Positions 21,023 to 30,847 of a DNA stretch of 64,000 nucleotides are shown piece by piece. The stretch's first letter is position 1, and each line of letters opens with the position of its first letter. Origin of the DNA: an uncultured Bdellovibrionales bacterium (GTDB lineage Bacteria > Patescibacteriota > Minisyncoccia > Moranbacterales > UBA2206); NCBI GenBank assembly GCA_964387895.1, contig CAYLWX010000004.1, positions 5,303 through 69,302 of the forward strand. Reading direction: 5' to 3'. The notes under the pieces are model-generated. The model ran no database searches, was not told where the DNA came from, and was given only the letters and a program-made list of their open reading frames with translations. The position numbers were made by a program, and so were the translations under genes.

Positions 21023-21514
21023 TCAGTTAAAATTAACCAAACTCTTTTCCATCAAATGCCTCTGCCAATGCTCCCGGGTTACAATCTTTTCTATTTCAAA
21101 CCCGTTCTTCGCCCGAAAAATTATTGAATAAAATTTCACGCTCATATCATTGAGAAACACATCCGCACTGAGATGAAAAAACGCTCCCAGGGCTAAAGCG
21201 AAAATAAATGACTTTACTTTTAAGTTTTTTGCTACATACGCAATTACTACCAGAATAATAACATATTCCCACCCGTGAAACAAGACATAGATTTTATCGC
21301 TTTTGAGAAACTGGTATCCGTTCACAAAATAATCTAATTTAAAACTAAGCCCAAAAGCAAAAAAATAATCCAGAACATGATCCAAATCAATCAATAAGCC
21401 TCCAATTATTCCGCCGACAAAAGAAACAATTGGTTTGCGCCATAATCTCCATGCGATAAATCCCGCCAGCATGGCGAAGAAAAGGTGGATAAGTAAATGC
21501 AAAAATAAGCTCAT
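21023..21514 (-). CDS. membrane protein, putative metal-dependent hydrolase
   Basis: TM helices with H...DLDH...FHGWE...HL.AD residues. Confidence 0.6.
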   Translation of the reverse strand: MSLFLHLLIHLFFAMLAGFIAWRLWRKPIVSFVGGIIGGLLIDLDHVLDYFFAFGLSFKLDYFVNGYQFLKSDKIYVLFHGWEYVIILVVIAYVAKNLKVKSFIFALALGAFFHLSADVFLNDMSVKFYSIIFRAKNGFEIEKIVTREHWQRHLMEKSLVNFN

Positions 21515-21582
21515 ATTTGCTTTAATATTGCTAAAAATAAAACTAACAAAAATTCAATACCTATTTACCTTCAAAAATACAC

Positions 21583-21978
21583 TTATAATTTCCCCTTTTC
21601 CTTTATTTTTTTCGCGATTTTGTCGCTAATATTCCAGTATAATTTTAATCTTTCATATAGTTCATTCGCCATTTTTTCAGAATAGGTATGCACTGACAAA
21701 TTTCTGTCTTCAGCCATTGACATGCATTTCTCGATATCCTCCTCGTTGAAATCAAATATGACGCGAATTTCTCTAAAACAAGACTTCGGAGAGCTACAAT
21801 CAATTGCTTCTATTTTTTGCAAATAGATTTTTGTTGTTTTCCATAGTAACTCAAAAGAGAATTCAAATCGCTGAATGGAAGCGTCCCGATTTAAATCGGA
21901 AAACGGAGCATCCATGGCTTCTTTCCAGGCAGAAAGAGCCTGTTTTAGATCGGAGAGTTTTTCTTCTAAATAATCCAT
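21583..21978 (-). CDS. HEPN toxin, HI0074/NTase substrate-binding family
   Basis: RDASIQRFEFSFELLWK, SPKSCFR, RX4H motif RNLSVH followed by TY. Confidence 0.9.
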   Translation of the reverse strand: MDYLEEKLSDLKQALSAWKEAMDAPFSDLNRDASIQRFEFSFELLWKTTKIYLQKIEAIDCSSPKSCFREIRVIFDFNEEDIEKCMSMAEDRNLSVHTYSEKMANELYERLKLYWNISDKIAKKIKEKGKL

Positions 21979-22253
21979 ATTTTTTTTCCTTTGAGCGTTC
22001 GCGCGCGAAAAGATTCTTTTGCCTTATTGATATTAACCACATCAAACTTATACGGCAGAGCTGATTCTTCCAGTTCATTCTTAATGCGATATATTTTTTT
22101 ATCAATTTCCGGATCATCGCTAATAACTCCCAAATCAACATCCCCGAACTTATCCTGAATGACACTGGAACCGAAAATAAAAACCCCGCCGTTTTTTTCT
22201 ACGTGCTTCTTAACGATTTCTGTAATTTCTGAAATATATTTTTTACTTATCAT
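21966..22253 (-). CDS. minimal nucleotidyltransferase (MNT) antitoxin
   Basis: IFGSS....GDVDL, LPYKFDVV. Likely start is ATG 22253 rather than 22388; overlaps the HEPN gene. Confidence 0.88.
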   Translation of the reverse strand: MISKKYISEITEIVKKHVEKNGGVFIFGSSVIQDKFGDVDLGVISDDPEIDKKIYRIKNELEESALPYKFDVVNINKAKESFRARTLKGKKIWII

Positions 22254-22311
22254 GTATGTACTTTTTGTCCGATAAGTCCGGCTTTTTCTTTTTGTTAATA
22301 TACCACACCAT

Positions 22312-22340
22312 TTGACTTTCGCACAAATATTTGCTAAATT
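22312..22340 (+). promoter_or_regulatory. sigma70-like promoter for 22400..22765
   Basis: TTGACT, 17 bp, TAAATT with TG extension; AAGGAGG RBS before ATG 22400. Confidence 0.5.
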
Positions 22341-22399
22341 TTGAGGCTGTACGTGTGAGACAAGATTGATTTGAACGCTCTTTAACAAGGAGGATTGTC

Positions 22400-22765
22400 A
22401 TGAAGAAGAGGCTTTTTGGCGTCAGTACAATATCGCTTCTGCCACACAGCTTAGGCAGAGGTGGATTCGATAGGTCGAAAACAATCGCTAGTCAGGCAGG
22501 ATTTGATGTCCTGCAAGTTTTGCCCTTACGAGGGTGGAGTGTTGAGGCTTGGGAAAACGAAAAGCTCACTGGGAAGTTACTGGAGTTTGTAGGATTGAAT
22601 GGAAATTGGATAATCTCTTATCAAGACGCATGGAATGGAGGAAGTTTGTTTAGTGCTATCGAGCGCGAGATATACCAGTTTATAACGCGTAAAAAGTGCG
22701 CCATGGAAGAAAAACCGCTTTTTTACGATTGGTTTTTGTTTGGAAGTTGGAAAAAATCCAGCTAA
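22400..22765 (+). CDS. hypothetical; possibly truncated TIM-barrel (sugar-phosphate isomerase-like) N-terminus
   Basis: Strong RBS, own promoter and terminator; FGVSTISL...AGFDVLQVLP pattern. Confidence 0.5.
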   Translation: MKKRLFGVSTISLLPHSLGRGGFDRSKTIASQAGFDVLQVLPLRGWSVEAWENEKLTGKLLEFVGLNGNWIISYQDAWNGGSLFSAIEREIYQFITRKKCAMEEKPLFYDWFLFGSWKKSS

Positions 22766-22766
22766 A

Positions 22767-22805
22767 AACCGTCGGTTGTGCGAATTGCGTAGCCGACGGT
22801 TCTTT
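22767..22805. terminator. hairpin between convergent genes
   Basis: AACCGTCGG-ttgtgcgaattgcgtag-CCGACGGTT flanked by A and T runs. Confidence 0.65.
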
Positions 22806-22807
22806 GC

Positions 22808-23599
22808 TTAAAGATCCGTTAAATACTTATCAAACCTCTCAATCCACTTCGCCTTTTCCGGATTAAACAAAAACGGTTCCACGTCGCGGGCCGCTTGTTT
22901 TAAATTAAGCTTTGAAACTACTCTTTTCATTTCCGCGATCAATTCCTGTTTGTTTTTAATATTATATCCTTTTTCTTTGAAAATTTTATATTCCGGCTCG
23001 AGATTTTTCTGCGCCAGAAACCAGATAAGATCATAAAAATCCCGTCCTTTCTGGTACGGACGCAAAAACAGCGCCAGCACTTTTTGCGCGAAAAGAGTTT
23101 CCAGCGTATTCACCACGATTGGAAACTTTTCATTGAAGCTGTCCACAAGTTTCATTTCGGTATGAATATTTTTGTAAGGACTGAAATCAATTTCAAACTT
23201 GATCAAAAATTTTTCATCCTTGGAAACCTTGAAGCCAAATTCCTGGAGCACGTCTTTAAACTTGAAATAAATAATATGGATATTCGCGGTGGTTTTTACT
23301 TTTGTATCCAGGTTGAATCCTGACAATTCAATGTTGCGGACTAGTTCTTTTTGGAGTTTATGGATAGAAAATCCCTTCTTCTTCACTAAATCAAAATCAA
23401 GATCTTCCGAAAAACGATCAATTCCATGCGCAAACCTCAAGCAGGTTCCTCCCAAAAATGAAAGCGCGTCATCATAACTGCTTAATGAGAGAGCTTTCAG
23501 GATATGAGTCTGAAGATATTCCTTTAAAATATCTCTGTCCCGATGGGGAATTCTTTTTTCTTCCGCGTATTTTCTGAAGAAGTCCTTATTAGGAAGCAT
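22808..23599 (-). CDS. abiEii: AbiEii nucleotidyltransferase toxin (type IV TA)
   Basis: FLGGTCLRF, RFSEDLDF, IKFEID, AQK, KGRDFYDL. Confidence 0.92.
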   Translation of the reverse strand: MLPNKDFFRKYAEEKRIPHRDRDILKEYLQTHILKALSLSSYDDALSFLGGTCLRFAHGIDRFSEDLDFDLVKKKGFSIHKLQKELVRNIELSGFNLDTKVKTTANIHIIYFKFKDVLQEFGFKVSKDEKFLIKFEIDFSPYKNIHTEMKLVDSFNEKFPIVVNTLETLFAQKVLALFLRPYQKGRDFYDLIWFLAQKNLEPEYKIFKEKGYNIKNKQELIAEMKRVVSKLNLKQAARDVEPFLFNPEKAKWIERFDKYLTDL

Positions 23600-24212
23600 A
23601 GTATTGAATAAATTTTTCCGCTAATCGCGATACTTTTTTATTTTTGAAAGATTTAGCAAAAAAAATTAACCTTTTTTTATTATATTTAAAATCTTCATTA
23701 AACCTATACCCTGAAAATTGTTCCCTCGTGCCGTTTAAGATATTTCGATTAAGATAGAAAAAATCAACCAGCGCTTTTTCAGGCAGAGCCAGATTAAACG
23801 AAACGTTTTTCTCCTGTTGAGTTACAAACCCTCCGAAAGCTTCTTTTTTAATTTTTTTATAGCTAAATTTCCCGAAGTATTCATTCATAAAAGATTTCGC
23901 TTTTCTCGTGGTAACGGAAGTGGTGGAAAATACCGCTTCCGGAATGATACCGTAATATCCAAGGGCCGATTCCATACTCACATAAGAAGGAAAATAAATT
24001 TTTGAAGCCAGAATGATTGGGCTTGTTTCACCCCTTAAGTCGTCTACATAATAAAATCCCTTTCTGATTTTAACCAGATAATCCTGCCTTTGCCAATTTT
24101 TTAGATTATTAAGAAAAGATTTAGTAAATTTTTTACCTAAAATAAGCCTTAATTCCTTAGTTTGAAACAATGGAATCTCCTCGATTTTTTTTCTGAATTC
24201 TATAAATTTCAT
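23589..24212 (-). CDS. abiEi: AbiEi-like antitoxin/transcriptional regulator
   Basis: KIRKGFY, PSYVSMESALGYYGIIPE, ALPEKALVD; overlaps abiEii. Confidence 0.85.
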   Translation of the reverse strand: MKFIEFRKKIEEIPLFQTKELRLILGKKFTKSFLNNLKNWQRQDYLVKIRKGFYYVDDLRGETSPIILASKIYFPSYVSMESALGYYGIIPEAVFSTTSVTTRKAKSFMNEYFGKFSYKKIKKEAFGGFVTQQEKNVSFNLALPEKALVDFFYLNRNILNGTREQFSGYRFNEDFKYNKKRLIFFAKSFKNKKVSRLAEKFIQYYAS

Positions 24213-24246
24213 TTCTTTAATTCATAAAAAATAGTGACTTAAAGAA
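24213..24246. promoter_or_regulatory. inverted-repeat operator upstream of abiEi
   Basis: TTCTTTAATTCA ... TGACTTAAAGAA (11/12 inverted match) directly before the start codon. Confidence 0.55.
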
Positions 24247-24290
24247 TCATGATTTTATAGTAGCACACATTAAGATTACCTGCAAACAAC

Positions 24291-25772
24291 TTACAAGCCT
24301 CCCGTTCTCTCATCCCTTTTTGAAAAATCCGTCAAGTGCCCCAGTAATTTCCACCCCGCCATCCATAAGAATTTTACGTCATCCCAGGAACGGACAGAAA
24401 GAATTTTGCGCGCGATAAATTGCGGACTCATAAACGATTTATACAGCCCTTGCACCAGCTCTTTGGCGTCCTCTGTCGAAAGCGAAGACTTCATCACCAT
24501 CTCGCGCTGGTCAAAGCGTTCATATTCTTTAGTTGTGAGCATTTCGTTTTCCTCACAATATTTATAAAGCGGCGTACCGGGATACGGAATGACAATCGTG
24601 CCCTGCAATGTGTCCACATATCCTTTCTTAAATAACTTTTTCGCTAAATTAATAGTGCGTTGCGCCATTTCTTTAGTCTCCCACGGATATCCGATCATGG
24701 CGGTGATATGCGGTTCAAGTCCGCCATCTTTGCATAGTTTCAATCCCGGTTCAATCTCTTCCGCTTTCAAATTTTTACTGATTTTATCCAGTGTTTCCTG
24801 ATTAGCCGATTCCAGGCCGAAAAGAATAAAACGAAAGCCGGCTTTTTTCATAAGTTTCCAGGTATTCAAGTCGCGTATTCCGGTAATGCGCATATTACAA
24901 CTAATAGTCACTTTCTTGTTATACCCGCGAGAAATCATGCCGTGGCAAAATTCTTCCAGCCACTTACCTATCGGAAGAGAGCCGGAATCCTCCATAATTT
25001 CCCGCGCGCCCAGCTTGATTAAATTCTCTACTTCTGCCAGCGCTTTTTCTGCTGACATAGTTCGAAAATTTTTCCCCGGGAAAAAAGTCGTCCAGGCGCA
25101 AAACGTGCATCTCCCCCACCAGCAATCCCTTCCGCTCATCATATAGGCGCCGGGTTTGTATTTAAAATTCCCATTTTTATACGCGTAATCCTTCCATCGC
25201 GTAAGCTTGCGATCAATAAGCGGTAAGTCATTCAGATTATGCGCCGCTAAATTGGAAGGACCGGAACTGACTATACCATTTGCTTCATTACGATACCAGA
25301 ATCCTCCTTCCAGGGGAGTACTTTTCGACAAGTGATTGGCTAAACTTAAAAGCATAAAATCATAATCGCCGGAAGTAATGATATAATCCGCTTTGCATTT
25401 TTGAAGCGACTCCTGTGGAAGCGCGGTAACATGATCGCCCATTAATACCACTTTTACGGAAGGAAGCTCCCGCTTTATTTCATCCACTATTTTCCAATGC
25501 ATTGCCACCACCGGCGTTTTGGTTTCCATCGCGATTAAATCCGGTTTCTCGCGCACTATTCTTTCTTTCCATTGCTTGTAACTCAATTCCTGGGCGATAC
25601 CGTCGTCCCATAGCACTTGATAGCCATGATGCGCTAAAAGCGATGCCGCGTACGCCGGAATAACCGGATAAATATACGTCGGATTGTTAAACCATTGAAA
25701 CTGCCTGTTTTGCGTCAGACATGGAATGCCTTTTTTGCTTTCCAGCGGAGGGTACGAGATTGATATTTTCAT
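24291..25772 (-). CDS. B12-binding-domain radical SAM protein
   Basis: N-terminal B12-binding-like fold (GDHVTALP), CWWGRCTFC cluster motif, FGLESANQ, IGYPWET, PYPGTPL. Confidence 0.9.
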   Translation of the reverse strand: MKISISYPPLESKKGIPCLTQNRQFQWFNNPTYIYPVIPAYAASLLAHHGYQVLWDDGIAQELSYKQWKERIVREKPDLIAMETKTPVVAMHWKIVDEIKRELPSVKVVLMGDHVTALPQESLQKCKADYIITSGDYDFMLLSLANHLSKSTPLEGGFWYRNEANGIVSSGPSNLAAHNLNDLPLIDRKLTRWKDYAYKNGNFKYKPGAYMMSGRDCWWGRCTFCAWTTFFPGKNFRTMSAEKALAEVENLIKLGAREIMEDSGSLPIGKWLEEFCHGMISRGYNKKVTISCNMRITGIRDLNTWKLMKKAGFRFILFGLESANQETLDKISKNLKAEEIEPGLKLCKDGGLEPHITAMIGYPWETKEMAQRTINLAKKLFKKGYVDTLQGTIVIPYPGTPLYKYCEENEMLTTKEYERFDQREMVMKSSLSTEDAKELVQGLYKSFMSPQFIARKILSVRSWDDVKFLWMAGWKLLGHLTDFSKRDERTGGL

Positions 25773-25822
25773 AGGATGCGTAAAAATTATTTTTTATTAG
25801 TTACGAGAATTTATTTATTACA

Positions 25823-26010
25823 GGACTTACGCGTTTAGCTTTCTTTCCTGTCATTCCCGCGTAGGCGGGAATCCAGGAGTATACCATACGGCTATCTAAT
25901 AATAATCCAGATATAGAGTAAAAAGAATCGAAATTAGTATATTTTTATATTTCACCTCGCCCATTAAATCCTGGATCCCCGCCTTCGCGGGGATGACAAA
26001 TGCTTAAGTC
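25823..26010. repeat. family A REP-doublet/MITE-like element, copy 1
   Basis: TGTCATTCCCGCGTAGGCGGGAATCCAGG, ~95 bp spacer, CCTGGATCCCCGCCTTCGCGGGGATGACA, with outer IR GACTTACGCGTTT/AAATGCTTAAGTC. Confidence 0.9.
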
Positions 26011-26015
26011 ATTTA

Positions 26016-26993
26016 TTATCTTAACTTACTTACTAAATTTCTTGTAAATACAAACCCGCGAATAAAATTAAATCCGTACACGATATGCGTAAAAAATATG
26101 CAATAAATGGCATGGCCGGCAATTCGCGTATTTTTCTCATATCTTCTGATGTCAATAAACGCTTTTATAAGCGCCAATAAATATATCATCCATCCTAATA
26201 AATAAAATCTTAGCACATAAAAACTCATGCTGCTAAAAACACCGCCCGCGACAATGAACAACAGAAAAAAACTGGGAACAAAAAATTTAAATTTACACGA
26301 ATTCTTCGGATATTTTTTCGCGAAAAATCCGCGATGGAGTCCATAGCCTCCTACTTGTTTGAGATGCTTTATAATTCCCGCGCGGCGGTGATGGTATACG
26401 ATAAGATTCGGGTCATAGAGAATGCTCCCGGGATATTTTTTTACTAAATCCAGACAAAGCTTCGTATCCTCTCCCGGCCAGAAGTCGCTGTTAAATCCTC
26501 CCAATTCCGCGAATACATTTTTCCGCATGGAAAAGTTTACACTCGGCCAATCATCCACAATACTTTTATTCCCCACCGGAACATATCTCTCCGGATTACC
26601 TCCAGAGAAAGCGCTTAAGAAAACCGCGCCGCTTACTTTTTGCCAAAAATTATCTCCCGCGGGAGTAACGGCCGGTCCTCCGACTGCCATAATTTTAGAA
26701 TCCAAAAAATCTTTATCCAATACATCCAGAAAATCAGCTTCCGGATACGCGTCATCGTCAATAAACACTAAAATTTCTCCCAGGGCGTCCTGTATGGCTT
26801 TACTTCTTTTTGTCGCCGGACCGCAATGACCGGTGGCAATTTGTTTTGTTTTCGGCCAGTTTTCAGCAGTTGCTTCATCGGGATACACAATAATTTCGTA
26901 ATCTTCTCCGGGTATTTTTAAAATAATCGGAACCGCCTCGCGAATATAATCGTTTATTTCTTTGACGGGAATAATAAAACTGTATTTTATCAT
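26016..26993 (-). CDS. GT2 glycosyltransferase with C-terminal TM segments
   Basis: SFIIPV, FIDDDAYP, GGF..PGEDT, HHRR. Confidence 0.88.
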   Translation of the reverse strand: MIKYSFIIPVKEINDYIREAVPIILKIPGEDYEIIVYPDEATAENWPKTKQIATGHCGPATKRSKAIQDALGEILVFIDDDAYPEADFLDVLDKDFLDSKIMAVGGPAVTPAGDNFWQKVSGAVFLSAFSGGNPERYVPVGNKSIVDDWPSVNFSMRKNVFAELGGFNSDFWPGEDTKLCLDLVKKYPGSILYDPNLIVYHHRRAGIIKHLKQVGGYGLHRGFFAKKYPKNSCKFKFFVPSFFLLFIVAGGVFSSMSFYVLRFYLLGWMIYLLALIKAFIDIRRYEKNTRIAGHAIYCIFFTHIVYGFNFIRGFVFTRNLVSKLR

Positions 26994-26999
26994 AGAAAA

Positions 27000-27932
27000 T
27001 TATATTTTCCTTCGGCGAATAACATACATCGGACGATTGGTAACTTCCCCGTGAATATTGGCAATATACAACGCGATAAGCCCCAGGCAACTGAGCACAA
27101 TACCAATTAAAAATAAACTGGCTACCAATAATACTGCGGGACCAGAAAACACTATTTTATGAAACACGTAATCCCCGACCAGAATAAATAACCCGAAAAT
27201 CCCGGACAAAAATACTGTGACAAGCCCTAAATATCCGGCTATCTTCAAGGGAAAAAGACTAAGCCCCACAAAGCTTGCCATGGCGAGACGAAAGAGTTTT
27301 GCAAAACTATACCCCGCGTTGCCGTGCATCCTTTCGTTGGATTGGAAATAAATGTACTCCCGGCGAAATCCCAGCCAGTCTATTAACGCCCTTGTCATTC
27401 TGCTTTTCTCCGTAAAGCGGTTAAATTCGTCTATAACTACCCTGTCCATAAGACGAAAATCAGTCGCGTTAGGCACTACTTTTACTTCCGCGATACGGTT
27501 GATGATTTTATAAAAAACCGCCGATCCCAGCCGTTTTACTAATCCTTCGTCTCGGCTTCTTTTTCTTACTCCCACCACCACCTCCATTCCCTCTTCCCAT
27601 TTTTTAAGAAATTCAGGAATAAGTTCCACTGGATGCTGAAGGTCCGCGTCAATCATCACGCAGGCGTCTCCATTGCAGTGATGTATACCGGCAGTTGTCG
27701 CCATTTCTTTGCCAAAATTACGGGAAAAATCCACCAGATGAACATTAGTATCTATGCCCGCCAATTTCTCAATTTCCTCCGCGCTTTTATCCCTGCTTCC
27801 GTCATTTACGAAAATTAATTCAAAATTGTATTGACTGGAGAGCGCCTGAAAAACACGGTGCAATTTCCCATAGAGAAGAGGAACGTTTTTTTCCTCGTTG
27901 TATACCGGAATAATGATTGAGATCAGTTTCAT
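27000..27932 (-). CDS. GT2 polyprenol-phosphate glycosyltransferase (GtrB/YkcC-like)
   Basis: IPVYNEE, VNDGSRD, FSRNFGKE, DADLQHP, DFRLMDR, two C-terminal TMs, RPMY. Confidence 0.92.
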   Translation of the reverse strand: MKLISIIIPVYNEEKNVPLLYGKLHRVFQALSSQYNFELIFVNDGSRDKSAEEIEKLAGIDTNVHLVDFSRNFGKEMATTAGIHHCNGDACVMIDADLQHPVELIPEFLKKWEEGMEVVVGVRKRSRDEGLVKRLGSAVFYKIINRIAEVKVVPNATDFRLMDRVVIDEFNRFTEKSRMTRALIDWLGFRREYIYFQSNERMHGNAGYSFAKLFRLAMASFVGLSLFPLKIAGYLGLVTVFLSGIFGLFILVGDYVFHKIVFSGPAVLLVASLFLIGIVLSCLGLIALYIANIHGEVTNRPMYVIRRRKI

Positions 27933-27934
27933 AA

Positions 27935-29245
27935 TTAAAATGCCGCCTTATTTTGAGACCGTTTTTTTCTTTCCAATAAAAAGAAAGCGCCTGCCCCAAG
28001 AGATACCGCTTGAGAAATGATAAGTATTACCAGTATATCATAAATACTTTTTCCGTACATAAATATTACTCCCATAGTAAATAGCGCCACCGCGAGAAGC
28101 GCGTACGCGATCCTGGTTTTATGCAAAGAAAGCAGATATTGAAAAATAACGTTCGAGAGGGAAAACAACGCCACTGAAACGGCAAACCAGCCAAGATATG
28201 ACGCCACGTCCTGATACTTATCTCCAAAGAGAAGGCCGAGCACCCATTCCGGATACAAAAAATACACCGCCGTAGCCACGAAAGAACTGGCCCCCACAAG
28301 AAATAAAGATGCCAGAAGAATAGTGCGGGAAGAATTTCCTTTATGGTTATTCTCCGCCGACATGGAAAAAAGCACGCTCGCGATAATTCCCGTAGAGAAA
28401 AAAATAATTCTGGATACTACAGTCAACGCGCCGTATTGTCCGGCGGACACCTCGTCCAGGTTACGTTTGGCAAGAATCATATCCGCGTTCCCCAGAATAG
28501 TAATCGCTAAATTTCCCGCGAATACCGGCATTACGTATTTTTTAAGAGAACGAAATTGAATAGTTGTCTTCCCGCTTATCCCGGCTACTGCGTCTTTTTT
28601 GACAAAAATAAATTTAAGCGCCGCCACGGAAGCAATGTAGGCCGCCAAAATACCCAGCGCGAAGCTCCCGATTACTCCGTTTAAACCGAACCCGACGCGT
28701 ACCAGCGCGATACCCGCGACAAGTTTTATGAGCGCTCCCCATACGCCTGTCACGCTTGCTTCTTTAAATTTTTGCCAGCCTCCTAAAATACCCGAATTAA
28801 TCGCGGCAAAAAAAGAAAGAAACATGGAAAGCCAGATTATGATAAGAGAGAAATTATTTTGAATACGTAAAAATCTGCCCATAAAAGGGGTGAGTATGAT
28901 AGCGCCGGCTAAAATAGGCAATCCGTAGACAAAAACTTTTCTGTTGAGATAACGCGATATTTCACGGCTTCCCGCGGTATTATTTTCTGCCTTACCCTCT
29001 GCGGCATATTTCGTGGCAACCATAGACAGCGTTGCCGCCGGAACAGAAATAATCGCGATAAGCGAGATGAGGGATTCCGCCTCTCCGTACACTTCCACGC
29101 TTACATACCTCCCTACCACCAGATGAAACACATAATTCAGCACGCTGCCGACTACCGTTCCGCAAAATAAAACGAAGCTGTTTTTGGCAAACGCTCCATG
29201 AGTTACATATTTTTCTTTCAGAAACAACGCGGACGTTTTTATCAT
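27935..29245 (-). CDS. Wzx-like oligosaccharide flippase (MOP family)
   Basis: About 12 TM, YG..L, D..L...AGQYGA pattern. Start set at ATG 29245, 6 nt after a TGnTATGAT box. Confidence 0.85.
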   Translation of the reverse strand: MIKTSALFLKEKYVTHGAFAKNSFVLFCGTVVGSVLNYVFHLVVGRYVSVEVYGEAESLISLIAIISVPAATLSMVATKYAAEGKAENNTAGSREISRYLNRKVFVYGLPILAGAIILTPFMGRFLRIQNNFSLIIIWLSMFLSFFAAINSGILGGWQKFKEASVTGVWGALIKLVAGIALVRVGFGLNGVIGSFALGILAAYIASVAALKFIFVKKDAVAGISGKTTIQFRSLKKYVMPVFAGNLAITILGNADMILAKRNLDEVSAGQYGALTVVSRIIFFSTGIIASVLFSMSAENNHKGNSSRTILLASLFLVGASSFVATAVYFLYPEWVLGLLFGDKYQDVASYLGWFAVSVALFSLSNVIFQYLLSLHKTRIAYALLAVALFTMGVIFMYGKSIYDILVILIISQAVSLGAGAFFLLERKKRSQNKAAF

Positions 29246-29294
29246 ATGCGTATCATACCATATGAGTATAATATATGGTATCATAATATCAACT

Positions 29295-30827
29295 ATGAAA
29301 AAAATACCAACACACCGCTTGCGTATTTCAAATCGTATCGCGTTATTGATAGGGCTGATTTTTTTCCTGGCGTCTTCTTTAAATTTTTCAAATTATATTT
29401 TTGACCTTAAAGCGGATGAATCCACTCTTCAAGAAGACTACCAATTCTACCAGCAATACAGTCTGTACCTCAAATATCAAAAAAAGCAAAAATACAAAAA
29501 ATACCGAAAATACGCCAGATATAAAGAAGCCTACGCGTTTTCCAGTTCCGAAGAACGCCAGCTATACAAAGACTACCATGCGAAGTATCGCCTTTTTAAA
29601 CAAGACCCAAAAAAGTACGCGAGATACGCGGTCTATTTTAAACAATACAGAAGATACAGCAATTATAAAAAATATTACGAACCCTATAAAAAATACAGTC
29701 GTTATAAAAATTACAAAAAATTTAACAAAAAATCATACGATAAAGGCAAAAATTACAGAGGATCAACGTATAAGGATGGCTATAATCGATATCTGGCGGC
29801 GCAAAAAAGCGCGGCATCCAACCTGGGAGAAGCTGATTTAGGAGGCGGGACTTCGGGACCGGAAATTTCCGTGGGACTCATGTGTTTTTCTTCCAATGGC
29901 ACCAAGACCACCGCCTACAACCATCCCCTCTCTCAAAAATCAGATCAGGACGCGTGTTATTTGAAAAGTAAATTAAAAACCACGCCGCTTCAAATTACCG
30001 CTACGGAAAATTATGCCATCAAAGATAATACGGGTGCGATTATCGCGACAATAGACGGAACGGCAGAAACTTCCTTACTCTACGTGTCCGATGGCGTATT
30101 TAATATCTCTAACTCAACTATAAACACAAATATTTTAAACCAGGTAGAATTTATTGAAGCAGATGGAGGAAATGATATAATTTTTACAGTCAATCCCAGA
30201 AACAACTACAATGAATACCGTGGAAAAATAAAAATAAGCTACTCGACTGATTCTAAGTGGATCTGGGTAGTCAACACGCTTCCATTAGAGCATTATGTCT
30301 GGGGCATGGGGGAAATGACGGGAGAAGGAGCTGACGAGCATGATAAAGTTATGGTAACGGTATTTCGAACGTACGGATATTGGAAAATAAAATTCAGCAC
30401 CAAGTACGCCACTGAAGGATTCAAAGTAACTGCTACTACTTCCAGCCAATTGTATTATGGATATGATTGGGAAAAAAGTTATCCTGATATTAAAAGCGCC
30501 GCTCAAGCCACTGCCGGAAATTTGGTAATGTATCTTAACGGCGGCATCAATGAAATCGCGCTTACCCCCTACAGCTCGTGGACGGACGGAAAAACCAGAA
30601 GCTTTAAAGAACGCTGGGGTTCGACTGATTATCCATGGTGCCAGGCAGTGTCCGATCCATACGGAAAAAACACTACTATGAGTACTTCCGAACTGGAATC
30701 TGCCGGAAATCACATGGTGGGATTAAGCGCCCACGGATCATTGAATCTGGCCACCAATTATGGATGGACATGGGCAGAGATTTTGCGGTATTATTATACG
30801 GGAATAAATTTATTAGACGCGTATTAA
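29295..30827 (+). CDS. SpoIID/LytB-domain protein with N-terminal TM and Tyr/Lys-rich region
   Basis: YRGKI...VVNTLPLEHYVWGMGEM (catalytic Glu position), RTY, SQLYYG, GNHMVGLS..G, ILRYYYTG. Confidence 0.85.
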   Translation: MKKIPTHRLRISNRIALLIGLIFFLASSLNFSNYIFDLKADESTLQEDYQFYQQYSLYLKYQKKQKYKKYRKYARYKEAYAFSSSEERQLYKDYHAKYRLFKQDPKKYARYAVYFKQYRRYSNYKKYYEPYKKYSRYKNYKKFNKKSYDKGKNYRGSTYKDGYNRYLAAQKSAASNLGEADLGGGTSGPEISVGLMCFSSNGTKTTAYNHPLSQKSDQDACYLKSKLKTTPLQITATENYAIKDNTGAIIATIDGTAETSLLYVSDGVFNISNSTINTNILNQVEFIEADGGNDIIFTVNPRNNYNEYRGKIKISYSTDSKWIWVVNTLPLEHYVWGMGEMTGEGADEHDKVMVTVFRTYGYWKIKFSTKYATEGFKVTATTSSQLYYGYDWEKSYPDIKSAAQATAGNLVMYLNGGINEIALTPYSSWTDGKTRSFKERWGSTDYPWCQAVSDPYGKNTTMSTSELESAGNHMVGLSAHGSLNLATNYGWTWAEILRYYYTGINLLDAY

Positions 30828-30847
30828 AATAATTCAAAAAGTTTATT

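Noticed and set aside
22254-22388. Long N-terminus of the MNT antitoxin
   Set aside because: Spans the divergent promoter region; typical MNT size fits the 22253 start.
29401-29841. Thr/Asn/Ile-rich 146-aa ORF
   Set aside because: Off-frame reading of the Tyr/Lys-rich region of the SpoIID-like gene.
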